Below are positions 1-10,388 of a stretch of 64,000 nt of DNA, in pieces. The notes beneath the pieces were generated by a model. It did not search any database. It was given only the letters and a program-made list of their open reading frames with translations, and was not told the DNA's origin. The stretch lies in the NCBI GenBank assembly GCA_049852185.1, contig CP187540.1. One strand, 5' to 3'. Numbering within the stretch: the stretch's first letter is position 1; each line of letters starts with the position of its first letter. Position numbers and translations under genes: made by a program. Source of the stretch: Methanocaldococcus sp. 28A. GTDB lineage: Archaea; AGJL01; Methanococci; Methanococcales; Methanocaldococcaceae.

Positions 1-1358
1 TCTTTAACTTTCATCAAACTGTATTTGTATAAATGGGAGAGAGCTTTAATACCATTTTCTGGAGTTATATAGGCGGGAATTCCGTTCTTTCTTAAATAAC
101 TCTTAGCCCCTTTAACTGAAACTCCTCCAATAAATGAAGCAATTAACGGTTTATTTTTAAATTCTTTATGGGAATTTTTAACATCTATAATAGATTTTGC
201 TACTTCCAAAGGTTTTGTCATCTCTTGTGGAGTTAATATTACCAAAAGCCCCCTAACATTGCTATCTTCAGCTAAAACTTCTATAGCTTTTTTATATCTT
301 TCAGGAGTTGCATCACCTATAATATCTAGTGGATTTGAGATGTTGGCAGTTGGTGGAAGAATATTTTTAAGTTTTTCTATTGTTGATTCATTAAAGTTAG
401 CCAACTTCATATTATAATCTACACAACTATCAGCTGCTAAAACCCCAAATCCTCCAGCGTTTGTTATAATTCCAATTTCATTTGAGCTTATTGTTGGTTG
501 AGTTGAGAAAATATGAATTAAATCAACTAACTCTTCAAATGTATAAGCTCTAATAATTCCAGCTTCTTTAAATGCTGCCTCATAAATAACATCTTCTCCA
601 GCTAAAGAGCCTGTGTGGGATTTAGCAGCTTTTTTCCCAACTTCAGTTCTTCCAGATTTTAAAGCAATTATTGGCTTCTTTTTAGATAGCTTTTTAGCAA
701 CTTTTAAGAATCTCTTATCCTTTAATCCTTCTATGTATAAAACAACTATCTCAGTATCTTTATCATCTAAAAAATATTCTAATAAATCACTTTCTTGAAT
801 ATCAGCTTTATTTCCAATGCTAACAACCTTAGAAAAGCCAATATTTAGAAGAGGAGCTATATCTAATATGGCGTTTAAAACTGCCCCACTTTGTGAGATT
901 ATTGAAACTTTTCCTTTTGGTGGGAATATCTTTGCAAATGTAGCGTTTAGGTTTATGTGAGTGTTCATAATCCCAAGGCAATTAGGCCCTATAATTCTTA
1001 TGCCATATTTTTTTGCTATTTCTTTAACTTTTTCTTCCAATTCATAATTTCCTACTTCTGAAAAGCCAGCAGTTATAATGACTGCTCCTTTAATTCCTTT
1101 TTCTCCACACTCCTCCAATACCTTAGGGACAACAACATTTGGAACCACTATAACTGCTAAATCTACATCCTCTTTAATATCTAAAACTGATTTATAGCAT
1201 TTTATGCCAAATATCTCATCATATTTTGGATTTACAGGAAAAATTTTTCCATTAAAGTCTTTTAAATTTTTTAAAATTGCATATCCTACTTTTCCTTCAG
1301 TTTTTGAAGCTCCTATAACAGCTATTGATTTTGGATAGAAAATATATTTTAAGCTCAT
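1..1358 (-). CDS. ADP-forming acetate--CoA ligase (acetyl-CoA synthetase), 5' part; runs off the window
   Basis: Manual translation from ATG at 1358: MSLKYIFYPKSIAVIGASKTEGKVG...IIGPNCLG...ISQSGA...SIGNKAD...ASKSHTGSLAG-like phospho-His region (AAKSHTGSLAG). Absent from the ORF track. Confidence 0.92.
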   Translation of the reverse strand, partial: MSLKYIFYPKSIAVIGASKTEGKVGYAILKNLKDFNGKIFPVNPKYDEIFGIKCYKSVLDIKEDVDLAVIVVPNVVVPKVLEECGEKGIKGAVIITAGFSEVGNYELEEKVKEIAKKYGIRIIGPNCLGIMNTHINLNATFAKIFPPKGKVSIISQSGAVLNAILDIAPLLNIGFSKVVSIGNKADIQESDLLEYFLDDKDTEIVVLYIEGLKDKRFLKVAKKLSKKKPIIALKSGRTEVGKKAAKSHTGSLAGEDVIYEAAFKEAGIIRAYTFEELVDLIHIFSTQPTISSNEIGIITNAGGFGVLAADSCVDYNMKLANFNESTIEKLKNILPPTANISNPLDIIGDATPERYKKAIEVLAEDSNVRGLLVILTPQEMTKPLEVAKSIIDVKNSHKEFKNKPLIASFIGGVSVKGAKSYLRKNGIPAYITPENGIKALSHLYKYSLMKVK

Positions 1359-1440
1359 AATCCCTCCCCCACATATTTTTAGAGAAAAATTTTTATATTT
1401 TTAATATCTAATTAGAGAGTATCTCTTTTAACATTTATAT

Positions 1441-1550
1441 ATAGAACTTTCGTATGAATAAATTTATTATATTAAATATAGACACCTAAGGGTGTCAAAG
1501 TTCCAAAATTTAATATATAAACTTTAATATATAAACTGCGAAAGTTCTAT
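1441..1550. repeat. Palindromic MITE-like element, family 1
   Basis: Ends ATAGAACTTTCG / CGAAAGTTCTAT; inner hairpin GACACC-TAAG-GGTGTC; internal 14-bp tandem duplication TTTAATATATAAAC (1509-1536). Confidence 0.88.
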
Positions 1551-1555
1551 ATATA

Positions 1556-1585
1556 CTCACCTCCCATAACGATTATGGAGGTGAG
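1556..1585 (+). promoter_or_regulatory. Hairpin that pairs with the Shine-Dalgarno of the zinc-finger gene
   Basis: CTCACCTCCCATAA-CGA-TTATGGAGGTGAG gives a 13-bp stem with one bulge; the 3' arm is the GGAGGTGA SD, 3 nt before ATG 1589. Confidence 0.55.
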
Positions 1586-1588
1586 CTT

Positions 1589-1732
1589 ATGAGATTAAAA
1601 GCTATAAAAATAACAAGTAGAGATGGAGAAACATTCTTCAGATGTCCAAGATGTGGAAAAATTTTCAGATACTCAAAAGATTACACAAGACATGTAAATA
1701 AAGCTCATGGCTATCTCTTTAAAAAAGAATAA
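1589..1732 (+). CDS. 47-aa C2H2 zinc-finger protein
   Basis: [47 protein letters not shown]; CxxC-x12-HxxxxH; strong SD. Below the ORF-track cutoff. Confidence 0.85.
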   Translation: MRLKAIKITSRDGETFFRCPRCGKIFRYSKDYTRHVNKAHGYLFKKE

Positions 1733-1734
1733 AG

Positions 1735-2043
1735 TTATTCTTTATAAATAAGATTTCCTTCTTCAGTTTCCACTATTTTTGGATGTAACTTTAAAAAAGA
1801 TTTTATTGCTGGTGGGATGTTCCATTCAACACCATGAACAAGCTTATCCCAATTTTCAACAAACCTTTTTTTCCCTAAAACTTCATCCAATTTTCCTCTA
1901 AGTTTTTCAATAACAATTCTATCCTTGGTAAAGCTTTTTATTCTATAAGCTCCTCTTTTAGTTTTTGAATAAAAAATTTTATCATCATCATAGTAATTTT
2001 TTGCTATCTCTAACAACTCTCTCCAGACCTCTTTGGGTCTCAT
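1735..2043 (-). CDS. hypothetical protein
   Basis: 102-aa ORF with AGGTGA SD and typical codon usage. Confidence 0.8.
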   Translation of the reverse strand: MRPKEVWRELLEIAKNYYDDDKIFYSKTKRGAYRIKSFTKDRIVIEKLRGKLDEVLGKKRFVENWDKLVHGVEWNIPPAIKSFLKLHPKIVETEEGNLIYKE

Positions 2044-2083
2044 ATTTTATCACCTTATATAATTTTTAGATAATGGTGGTTAT

Positions 2084-3394
2084 ATGAATTTTTTGATTTT
2101 GAAAAGGAAAAAAGAAAGTGAAGAAAATTTAAAAGAAAAATTAAAAAGATATAGAAAAAAATTGAGAGACAGTAGAATTAAAGAAAAGCTAAAAGAAATG
2201 CCATTAAACATGAATAAATACTTAACTGATGCTTATACTGGAGGAATTATTAAAAAATATCCAGAGGATTTTATTGTTGAGGAAATTACTCCAGAAGGTA
2301 TTATTTTAGAAGTTGGAAAAAGTATAGAGTTTAAAGATGTTGAAAATTGGAAAGGAAATTACATTCATTTCACTTTAGAGAAGATAAATTGGACGACTTT
2401 AGATGCTATTAGAGAAATAGCTAATAGAGTAGGAAAGCAAAGAAAACATTTTGGATTTGCTGGAAATAAAGATAAATATGCCATAACAACTCAAAGAGTA
2501 GGATGTTTTAATGTAAAATTAGAAGATTTAATGAATGTTAAAATTAAAGGCATTATATTGAGAGACTTCCAAAAAACAAATAGAAAAATAAGGTTAGGGG
2601 ATTTATGGGGGAATAGATTTACTATAAGAGTTAGAAATCCAAAACTTAAAGGAAAAGAGTTAGAGGATATTTTAAATAAGTTATGTAAGTTGGAATATTT
2701 CTTAAATTACTATGGTGTTCAAAGATTTGGGACTACAAGACCGATAACTCATATTGTAGGTAGGTTTATTATAGAGAGGGATTGGGAAGCTGCTTTCCAT
2801 TTATATTGTGGAACTCCTCTCCCTTATGATGATGAAAAATCAAAATTGGCAAGAGAGTTGGTTGATGAAGAAAACTTTAAAGAAGCATATAAAAAATTTC
2901 CAAAGGCATTCTTTTATGAAAGAAGGATGATTAAAGCCTATATAGAAACTGGGAGCTATCAGAAGGCGTTTATGATTCTTCCACCATATTTAAGATGTAT
3001 GTTTATAAATGCCTATCAGTCATATTTATTCAATGAGATAATTAATAGAAGGTTTGAATATGGCTTTGAACCAATGGAAGGAGATATTTTGATTGATAAT
3101 ATTCCAACTGGGGCATTATTTGGTTATAAAACAAAATTTGCTTCAGGAATACAGGGAGAGATTGAAAGAGAAATTTATGAGAAAGAGGGATTAAAACCAG
3201 AATATTTTAAGATTGGTAAGTTTGGTTCATTTATTGGAGATAGAAGAAAGCTTATTGAAAAAATATACAATATGAAATATTGGATTGAAGATGATAGCTA
3301 TGTTTTACAGTTCTGTTTAAAAAAAGGAAATTATGCAACCTCCGTTTTAAGGGAGTTTATAGAAAAGAAAGATAAAAAAGATTTAAAAGAATAA
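2084..3394 (+). CDS. truD: tRNA pseudouridine(13) synthase TruD/Pus7
   Basis: IKKYPEDFIVEE, FAGNKDKYAITTQ, LGDLWGNRF, NYYGVQRFG, GNYATSVLRE motifs. Confidence 0.95.
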   Translation: MNFLILKRKKESEENLKEKLKRYRKKLRDSRIKEKLKEMPLNMNKYLTDAYTGGIIKKYPEDFIVEEITPEGIILEVGKSIEFKDVENWKGNYIHFTLEKINWTTLDAIREIANRVGKQRKHFGFAGNKDKYAITTQRVGCFNVKLEDLMNVKIKGIILRDFQKTNRKIRLGDLWGNRFTIRVRNPKLKGKELEDILNKLCKLEYFLNYYGVQRFGTTRPITHIVGRFIIERDWEAAFHLYCGTPLPYDDEKSKLARELVDEENFKEAYKKFPKAFFYERRMIKAYIETGSYQKAFMILPPYLRCMFINAYQSYLFNEIINRRFEYGFEPMEGDILIDNIPTGALFGYKTKFASGIQGEIEREIYEKEGLKPEYFKIGKFGSFIGDRRKLIEKIYNMKYWIEDDSYVLQFCLKKGNYATSVLREFIEKKDKKDLKE

Positions 3395-3436
3395 ATTTTA
3401 CCTTGTTAATTTTTATCTCCTTCCATATTTACCTTA

Positions 3437-3931
3437 TCATTTTCTAATTTTAATGAAATCTCCTAATGTGAAGCCATCTTCATCTCTACTACCGTAATAT
3501 GAACTCTCTTCCCCAACATTTTCAGTTAAAGTAATTTTTAACTCTTTCTCTAATATTTTAATTTCTCTTTCATTTGGCTCCAACTCATATCTTTCAAATT
3601 TTTGTAATGTAGAGGCTTTCATCTTAAGTTTTTTTGCAAGGTCTTCAATTGTTAAACCCCTTTTCTCTCTTGCTTCTCTAATAACATCTCCATAATCTTC
3701 TCTTAACATGGGTAAAGTATCGAATATATCTCTCTTTCTTTTTTTAACAGGTTTATTAGTAGATGATATTGAACCTTTTCCAATTATTGTAGTTTTTTTA
3801 CCAAATCTTGAATATGTTTTTGGACTTTTTCCAAATTTAGCACATTCTTTACAAACATACATTTCAGAACCTTCAATCATTACCTTATAAAGCTTATCTG
3901 TAAGCTTTCCGCACAACTCACACATTTTCAT
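3437..3931 (-). CDS. mbf1: archaeal multiprotein bridging factor aMBF1 (Zn ribbon + HTH)
   Basis: CELCG...VCKEC zinc ribbon, HTH ([18 protein letters not shown]), C-terminal TLGD. Confidence 0.92.
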   Translation of the reverse strand: MKMCELCGKLTDKLYKVMIEGSEMYVCKECAKFGKSPKTYSRFGKKTTIIGKGSISSTNKPVKKRKRDIFDTLPMLREDYGDVIREAREKRGLTIEDLAKKLKMKASTLQKFERYELEPNEREIKILEKELKITLTENVGEESSYYGSRDEDGFTLGDFIKIRK

Positions 3932-4011
3932 AATACTATCCCTCAAAAATTTAATAACATTTATATATGATAGAGTTCATTTATAATTTTATTAGATAAT
4001 TTTAGTTATAT

Positions 4012-4102
4012 ATAGGACTTTCGCAAGAATAAATATTTTATTGAACATAGACACAAAATGTGTCTAAATTCTAAATATATGTAAAAAGTGCGAAAGTCCT
4101 AT
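4012..4102. repeat. Palindromic MITE-like element, family 1
   Basis: Perfect ATAGGACTTTCGCA / TGCGAAAGTCCTAT ends; inner hairpin TAGACACA-AAA-TGTGTCTA. Confidence 0.92.
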
Positions 4103-4124
4103 ATATATTGGTTGTGGTGAAATT

Positions 4125-4295
4125 ATGGAAAAGGAAAAGTTAATAAAAAAACTTCTTCATACTTTGCACCATACAGAAGAGCATTTTGAAGCAATAATAA
4201 ACCAATTAAAAGAACTCGGCTTAGAAACTAAGGAATATGAAGAGCTATACAATAAATTAAAAGAGTTAAATGAAAATATTAAGAAAAATCTATAA
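4125..4295 (+). CDS. 56-aa His-rich helical hypothetical protein
   Basis: MEKEKLIKKLLHTLHHTEEHFEAIINQLKELGLETKEYEELYNKLKELNENIKKNL with GGTGA SD. Not in the ORF track. Confidence 0.75.
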   Translation: MEKEKLIKKLLHTLHHTEEHFEAIINQLKELGLETKEYEELYNKLKELNENIKKNL

Positions 4296-4311
4296 AATAA
4301 AAAGTTTATGA

Positions 4312-4660
4312 TTATCCAAGAATTATTCCTGCTATATAACCACAGATTGTTGAAAATATTACTACTAAAGCTAAATACGTTATTGCTTTAGTTTTCCCTA
4401 ATATCTTTGAGATTGTTAAAACTGTAGGAATACTTAAGCTTGGTCCTGCTAATAATAAAGCCATTGCAGGCTCAGCACCCATACCAAGTTCCATTAGAGC
4501 TTTTATAATTGGAACTTCTATTAATGTGGCAAAATACATTAAAGCTCCAATGAATGAAGCTATAAAATTAGCTTGTAAAGAGTTTCCTCCAACGTAATTG
4601 GCTATGTAGCTTGGTGGGATAATAGCTTTAATACCTCCTGCTATAACAATGCCTAAGGTT
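4312..4660 (-). pseudogene. C-terminal remnant of a DUF318/ArsP-type permease
   Basis: LGIVIAGGIKAIIPPSYIANYVGGNS...GALMYFATLIEVPII...ALLLAGPSLSIP. In-frame stop just upstream near 4681 and no SD/start; family members are usually much longer. Confidence 0.72.
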
Positions 4661-4744
4661 TTTAAATGCTTTGATATGCTTTAACTATTTCAGCTATAAA
4701 CTCTATTAGATAAAATTTATTATGGAATTTAAAAAAAGAGTTTA

Positions 4745-5119
4745 TTAAATTAGATTATGATTTTTTAGAATTTCTTTAGCTTTTAATAAAATTTTATGGT
4801 TTTTAATAAGGTTTTGCATGTAATCTTTTTCTGGAAACTCCAAAGCATCTACGGGACATAGTGTTTTGCAAGTAGTACATGCAACAACACAATTGTAAGG
4901 TCTTGCTACAACAGGTTTTTTCTTTTCTTTATCCCAGTCAAACACTACTCTATTAGCACAAGTTATAAAACAAATTCCACAACCTATACATTTATCATAA
5001 TTTATTTTGGGATACCACTCTATTTTTTTTCTATCAATGCCCCACCATGGTTTTTTGCTCCAATCTTTTATTATTCTACCTAATACATCTTTTCCTATTA
5101 CCGGAAGGTCTTCACTCAT
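4745..5119 (-). CDS. 2x[4Fe-4S] ferredoxin-family protein
   Basis: CIGCGICFITC and CVVACTTCKTLCP motifs. Confidence 0.9.
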   Translation of the reverse strand: MSEDLPVIGKDVLGRIIKDWSKKPWWGIDRKKIEWYPKINYDKCIGCGICFITCANRVVFDWDKEKKKPVVARPYNCVVACTTCKTLCPVDALEFPEKDYMQNLIKNHKILLKAKEILKNHNLI

Positions 5120-5242
5120 AAAATCACCAATATTATTATTTAGTTTATGTTTATTATTTAGTTTTAGCTTATTTGTAATACATATATTTATAGTTTTTGA
5201 TTAATTAATGTATTTTAATATTTTTAAAAAGAATTTAGATAT

Positions 5243-5932
5243 TTAAATAAATGTTATTCCCTTCAATATAGCTTCTTTATGTATGTTTAAAGCTTTCATC
5301 TTTTTACAATCCCCTCTAAAAAGTTTTATCTTTCCAGCAACGCATGGATATCTTTGAATTAACATGGCTGCTTTTTTACTGAACTCTTCAATATCACCAA
5401 CTTCCATTCCTTTCATCAACTTAGCCATGAATAGGGTTGAACCACAGATTGATGTTCTTAAAACCTCAACGTCTTCAACTTTGTTATTTTTAACATAAAC
5501 TTTAACCTTTGGACTTCCAAATTCATCTAAAAATTCTTTTAATTTTGGATATTTATTTATTAAATCCCCAACTTCTTTTTCATCTAATAAACACATCTCC
5601 TCAGGGCATATAGCGTCAAATTTACTTAATTCTTTTTTTTCTCCCTCTCCTTTCCATGTAGCAACGATTATGGCTATATTTTTATTCAATTTCCTTGCCT
5701 TATAGCAGAGATGGTATGAATTATCAGGATGTTGAGTATAGAGTAATAAGATATCAGCCTCTTTAATTTTATTTAGCAACTCCTCTGGAAACTCTATATC
5801 ATCAACTATTAAATCACTTGGTTTATCAATTTTAAAAATGTTAATAAATTTATTTTTCTTTCCAAAGGTATTGACAGTTTCTTTAATCCTATAACCATAA
5901 GCTCCATCAGTTACTACTAATATCTTTGCCAT
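5243..5932 (-). CDS. DUF166-family protein
   Basis: [35 protein letters not shown] motifs. Confidence 0.75.
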   Translation of the reverse strand: MAKILVVTDGAYGYRIKETVNTFGKKNKFINIFKIDKPSDLIVDDIEFPEELLNKIKEADILLLYTQHPDNSYHLCYKARKLNKNIAIIVATWKGEGEKKELSKFDAICPEEMCLLDEKEVGDLINKYPKLKEFLDEFGSPKVKVYVKNNKVEDVEVLRTSICGSTLFMAKLMKGMEVGDIEEFSKKAAMLIQRYPCVAGKIKLFRGDCKKMKALNIHKEAILKGITFI

Positions 5933-6179
5933 TTTCATCTCCTTTACTCTTAGAATTTCTTTTTGATAACAAATAATAAATTATCGCCCCAATTATCCCT
6001 AAAAACCAAACAACCAATATCCACAATATTTTTTCAAGAATCTCTAAGTCCTCTCTCCTTAAAATATCTATAATAGCAATTATAACTATTATAATTCTAA
6101 TTATAAACCACAAACCCATAAAGAAAAATCCAAAAATTGGAAATCCCATCATTGGCATAAACCACATAAAAATCCCCAA
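5907..6179 (-). CDS. small membrane protein with PLDc_N-like domain
   Basis: IDILRR...[21 protein letters not shown] signature. Confidence 0.75.
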   Translation of the reverse strand: MGIFMWFMPMMGFPIFGFFFMGLWFIIRIIIVIIAIIDILRREDLEILEKILWILVVWFLGIIGAIIYYLLSKRNSKSKGDENGKDISSN

Positions 6180-6181
6180 AA

Positions 6182-6751
6182 TTATTCAAAGATAACGTTC
6201 TTTTCAATCTCACAATTTAAAGAGTTGCTAATTAAGCATTTTTTAGAACCTTCTAAAACTAATTTCTTTAAATCTTCTTTATCTATACCTTCATTAACTT
6301 TTACATAAATGTTTATGATTATTTTCTTTATTTTTCCTTCTTCAAAGGATTTCTCAACCTTTCCATCTACCTTTATTTTAGCATCTATGTTGTTATCTTT
6401 TAATGTATTACCAACAGCTATACAGATACATCCACACAGCCCTGCTAAAAATAAATCCATTGGAGATATTTTTTCTTTTGTAGCTCCCTTTCCACCCCTT
6501 GAATGAATTTTTAGTCCCTTAATATTTAACATTACTTCAAACATATCACAAAACTCAGAGGAAATTTCCTTTTTTTCATCTTTACTAACAAATATATCAA
6601 TTACTTTTGCTATAAACTCATTTCTTTCATTTTCAGGAATTTTATCTAAAAACTTTTCCAAAGCTAAGGGCATAATTTTTGGCATCATCTTTGGAGCCAT
6701 TTCTTTGGCAATATCTGAGTTCATCATTCCAATTATCATCTCTGGGTTCAT
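6182..6751 (-). CDS. OsmC/Ohr-family protein with Met-rich N-terminus
   Basis: [13 protein letters not shown]...KKCLISNSL (two-Cys OsmC pattern). Confidence 0.85.
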   Translation of the reverse strand: MNPEMIIGMMNSDIAKEMAPKMMPKIMPLALEKFLDKIPENERNEFIAKVIDIFVSKDEKKEISSEFCDMFEVMLNIKGLKIHSRGGKGATKEKISPMDLFLAGLCGCICIAVGNTLKDNNIDAKIKVDGKVEKSFEEGKIKKIIINIYVKVNEGIDKEDLKKLVLEGSKKCLISNSLNCEIEKNVIFE

Positions 6752-6876
6752 GTCCTCACCATACTTTATTTATCCCCTTATGAGTAAAAATACTTTAGGT
6801 AATATTTATATCTTTCTATTAATCGATGTATTCTAATATTTTTAAAATATATTTAAGTATATTAATTAACCCAGGA

Positions 6877-7234
6877 TTAATTCAGTATCTTACGAAATAA
6901 TAAATTAGACATATACAACGGAGTATTACGCATAACCCTGATTGAATAATTGAACTCATCTAACAACTTATATATTTCAACAAGGCATCTAAGCATAAAA
7001 AGTAACAACATAACTTTTAAAGAGGTTGATTTCGTTTTAATAGATACATCTTTAAGCATTCTGAACCTTGTTTCAATATTCAATCGTTTTTTATACATTT
7101 TTATATAAGATTCTTGATTTTCAAAGTCAATATTAGTTAAGTTTGTAGTTATTTCTTCCTCTACAACAACTATAGTTTTTTGGTCAATAAAGTAATCGAA
7201 CTTCCAATTTTCTCCTTTTTCGTATTCATTCTCG
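6877..7234 (-). mobile_element. ISH3-like (IS4 superfamily) DDE transposase, C-terminal relic
   Basis: YKKRLNIETRFRMLK = Y-x2-R-x3-E-x6-K signature; candidate right end CAGTATCTTACGAAA at 6883; 5' part replaced by a family-1 repeat. Confidence 0.7.
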
Positions 7235-7329
7235 ATAGGACTTTCGCACTTTATATAATTAAATAAGGAAAAAATGATGCCAAAGGCCTCAAAGTTCATA
7301 AATATTATTTATGCCTACGAAAGTCCTAT
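7235..7329. repeat. Palindromic MITE-like element, family 1 (GATGCC subtype)
   Basis: ATAGGACTTTCGCAC ... CTACGAAAGTCCTAT; inner GATGCCAAAGGCCTC. Confidence 0.9.
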
Positions 7330-7437
7330 AATTTTCTCTATGTCTAAACTATTTTCGTCAATTAACTTAATCTCCAAAACTTTATATATTACCTTTGCAA
7401 TTGTTAATGATTGATAATGACAATTTAGGGTGAGTGT

Positions 7438-7974
7438 ATGATAGAAATTAGATTTCATGGAAGAGGAGGGCAAGGTGCTGTTACTGCCGCTCAAATATTA
7501 GCTAAGGCTGCTTTTTATGATGGAAAATTCTGCCAGGCATTTCCATTTTTTGGTGTCGAGAGAAGAGGAGCCCCAGTTATGGCATTTACAAGAATAGATA
7601 ACAAAAAAATCAGATTGAGAAGTCAAATTTACAACCCAGATTATGTTGTAGTTCAAGATGCTACACTACTTGAAAGTATTAATGTTGTTGAGGGGTTAAA
7701 GGAAAATGGAGCTGTTATAATTAATACAGTTAAAGATGACCTAAATTTAGGATTTAAAACATATACAATTGATGCTACAGGAATAGCTTTAGATGTTTTA
7801 GGAATTCCTATAGTAAATACTGCAATGGTCGGAGCATTTGCTGGAGCTACAAAATTAGTTACATTAGAATCAGTTAAAAAAGCTATATTAGACACATTCA
7901 AAGGAAAATTGGGAGAGAAAAATGCTAAAGCAGCTGAAGTGGCTTATAATGAGATGTTAAAAAAATATGGATAA
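7438..7974 (+). CDS. porG: pyruvate:ferredoxin oxidoreductase gamma subunit (PorC/PorG)
   Basis: [27 protein letters not shown]. Confidence 0.96.
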
Positions 7975-7992
7975 ACTATTGAGGTGGATTGA

Positions 7993-8253
7993 ATGGTTAC
8001 AATTGCAGCTATTATATATGAGGCTGGAAATTCAATTAAAAACAAAACAGGGGGATGGAGAACTTTTAGACCAATTTTAGACAATGAAAAATGTGTAAAA
8101 TGTGAAAATTGCTACATATTCTGCCCTGAAGGTGCTATTCAAGAAGATGAAAATGGAAACTTTAAAATAGACTATGATTACTGTAAAGGATGTTTAATTT
8201 GTATGAATGAATGTCCTGTAAATGCAATAACAAAGGTTAGAGAAGAGAAATAA
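7993..8253 (+). CDS. porD: pyruvate:ferredoxin oxidoreductase delta subunit
   Basis: KTGGWRTFRP plus two ferredoxin motifs. Confidence 0.96.
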   Translation: MVTIAAIIYEAGNSIKNKTGGWRTFRPILDNEKCVKCENCYIFCPEGAIQEDENGNFKIDYDYCKGCLICMNECPVNAITKVREEK

Positions 8254-8282
8254 ATTAAATTAAATAATTAAAGGTGGAAAAG

Positions 8283-9446
8283 ATGTGTGAAGTTAAAGTT
8301 ATTACAGGGACTTCAGCAGCAGCTGAAGCGGCTAGATTAGCTGATGTCGATGTTATAGCTGCTTATCCAATAACCCCACAAACAACATGTGTTGAGAAGT
8401 TAGCTGAGTTTGTAGCTAATGGAGAGTTGGATGCTGAATATATAAAAGTAGAGAGCGAGCACTCAGCAATGTCTGCCTGTATTGGAGCTGCTGCAACAGG
8501 AGCAAGAACATTTACAGCAACAGCCTCACAAGGTTTAGCTTTGATGCATGAAATGTTATTTATCGCTTCTGGAATGAGATTACCAATAGTTATGATGGTT
8601 GCTAACAGAGCACTATCAGCTCCTATAAATATATGGAACGACCAACAAGATTCAATAGCAGAGAGAGATACTGGATGGATTCAGATATATGTTGAAGATA
8701 ACCAAGAAACACTCGATAGCATTATTCAAGCTTACAAAATAGCTGAGAATGAAGATGTTTTATTGCCAGTTATGGTTTGTTTAGATGGATTTATATTAAC
8801 GCATACAGTAGAGCCAGTAACAATTCCAAAGTCTGAGAGAGTTAGAGAATTTTTAGGAGTTTATGAACCAAAACACGCATATTTAGACCCTGATAGGCCA
8901 ATAACTCAAGGACCTGTGGGTGTTCCGGATTGCTACATGGAAACAAGAAAACAAATAGAGGAAACTATGGAAAGAGCTAAAAAAGTAATTAAAGAAGTTA
9001 ATGAGGAGTTTGCTAAAAGATTTAAGAGAAAATATGGAAATGGCTTAGTTGAGGCATATAACTTAAATAATAATGTAGATACCGTTTTAATAGCAATGGG
9101 TTCTGTTTGTGGGACTATAAAGTATGTTATTGATGAACTTAAAAAAGAAGGAAAAGATGTAGGATTGTTGAGAATAAAAACTTATAGACCATTCCCAAAA
9201 GAAGACGTTAAGGAACTTTTAAAAGATGCAGAAAATATAGCTGTGTTAGATAAAAATATCTCATTTGGATTTAATAAGGGAGCTTTAGGAATTGAAATGG
9301 CATCAATTTTAAAGAATAAGAAGGTTTGCAACTACATTGTTGGATTGGGTGGAAGAGATATTAAGGTAGAGGATATAAAAACAATAATTAACCATGTTGA
9401 AAAGGCAGAAGATGATGAAACTGTTTGGATTGGATTAAAAGAGTAA
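8283..9446 (+). CDS. porA: pyruvate:ferredoxin oxidoreductase alpha subunit
   Basis: AYPITPQT, VESEHSAMS, TATASQGL. Confidence 0.96.
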   Translation: MCEVKVITGTSAAAEAARLADVDVIAAYPITPQTTCVEKLAEFVANGELDAEYIKVESEHSAMSACIGAAATGARTFTATASQGLALMHEMLFIASGMRLPIVMMVANRALSAPINIWNDQQDSIAERDTGWIQIYVEDNQETLDSIIQAYKIAENEDVLLPVMVCLDGFILTHTVEPVTIPKSERVREFLGVYEPKHAYLDPDRPITQGPVGVPDCYMETRKQIEETMERAKKVIKEVNEEFAKRFKRKYGNGLVEAYNLNNNVDTVLIAMGSVCGTIKYVIDELKKEGKDVGLLRIKTYRPFPKEDVKELLKDAENIAVLDKNISFGFNKGALGIEMASILKNKKVCNYIVGLGGRDIKVEDIKTIINHVEKAEDDETVWIGLKE

Positions 9447-9493
9447 ATACTGCTATAATAATTTAATTTAATAATTTTTATAAGGTGATTGTA

Positions 9494-10381
9494 ATGCAAT
9501 TTCCAAGAGAGGAATACTTTGCCCCTGGACATAGAGGATGTGCTGGTTGTGGAGCAGCAATTGTAGCAAGGTTATTGCTAAAAGTGGCTGGAAAAAACAC
9601 AATTATATCAAATGCTACTGGATGTTTAGAGGTTATGACAACACCCTACCCAGAAACATCATGGAGAGTTCCATGGATACATACAGCATTTGAAAACGCT
9701 GCAGCAACAGCAAGTGGTATTGAGGCAGCTGTAAAAGTATTAAAAAGAAAGAGAGGAAAATATGCTGACAAAAAAATAAATGTTATAGCTATTGGAGGAG
9801 ATGGTGGAACAGCAGATATTGGTTTTCAGGCATTAAGTGGAGCTATGGAGAGAGGGCATGATATATTATATATAATGTACGATAACGAAGCATACATGAA
9901 CACTGGAATACAGAGAAGTTCCTCAACTCCATTTATGGCTGCTACAACGACCTCTCCAGCAGGTTCAAAAATTAGAGGAGAGGATAGACCTAAAAAAGAC
10001 ATGACAATGATAATGGCAGCTCATGGCATTCCTTATGTAGCTACTGCATGCATTTCATATCCTGAAGATTTCATGAGAAAGGTTAAAAAAGCTTTAAGCA
10101 TTGAAGGGCCTAAATTCATACAAGTATTACAGCCTTGTACAACAGGTTGGGGATATCCTCCAGAAAAAACAATAGAAATTGGAAGATTGGCTGTTGAAAC
10201 TGGAGTTTTCCCGTTATATGAAATTGAAAATGGGGAATTTAGAATTACATACAAACCAGCTAAGAGAAAGCCAGTTAGAGAGTATTTGAAGATGCAGAAA
10301 AGATATAGACACTTAACTGACGAGGATATTGAAAGAATTCAAAGATATATAGACGAAAAGTGTAAGTTGTTAGGTTTATAA
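9494..10381 (+). CDS. porB: pyruvate:ferredoxin oxidoreductase beta subunit
   Basis: GHRGCAGCG; TPP motif GGDG...[10 protein letters not shown]. Confidence 0.96.
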   Translation: MQFPREEYFAPGHRGCAGCGAAIVARLLLKVAGKNTIISNATGCLEVMTTPYPETSWRVPWIHTAFENAAATASGIEAAVKVLKRKRGKYADKKINVIAIGGDGGTADIGFQALSGAMERGHDILYIMYDNEAYMNTGIQRSSSTPFMAATTTSPAGSKIRGEDRPKKDMTMIMAAHGIPYVATACISYPEDFMRKVKKALSIEGPKFIQVLQPCTTGWGYPPEKTIEIGRLAVETGVFPLYEIENGEFRITYKPAKRKPVREYLKMQKRYRHLTDEDIERIQRYIDEKCKLLGL

Positions 10382-10388
10382 TATTTTA

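Noticed and set aside
6877-7299. 140-aa ORF as an intact gene, or as the other half of the 60913 transposase
   Set aside because: Its first ~21 codons come from the repeat; motifs indicate a different IS family; repeat orientation relative to the two ORFs is opposite.
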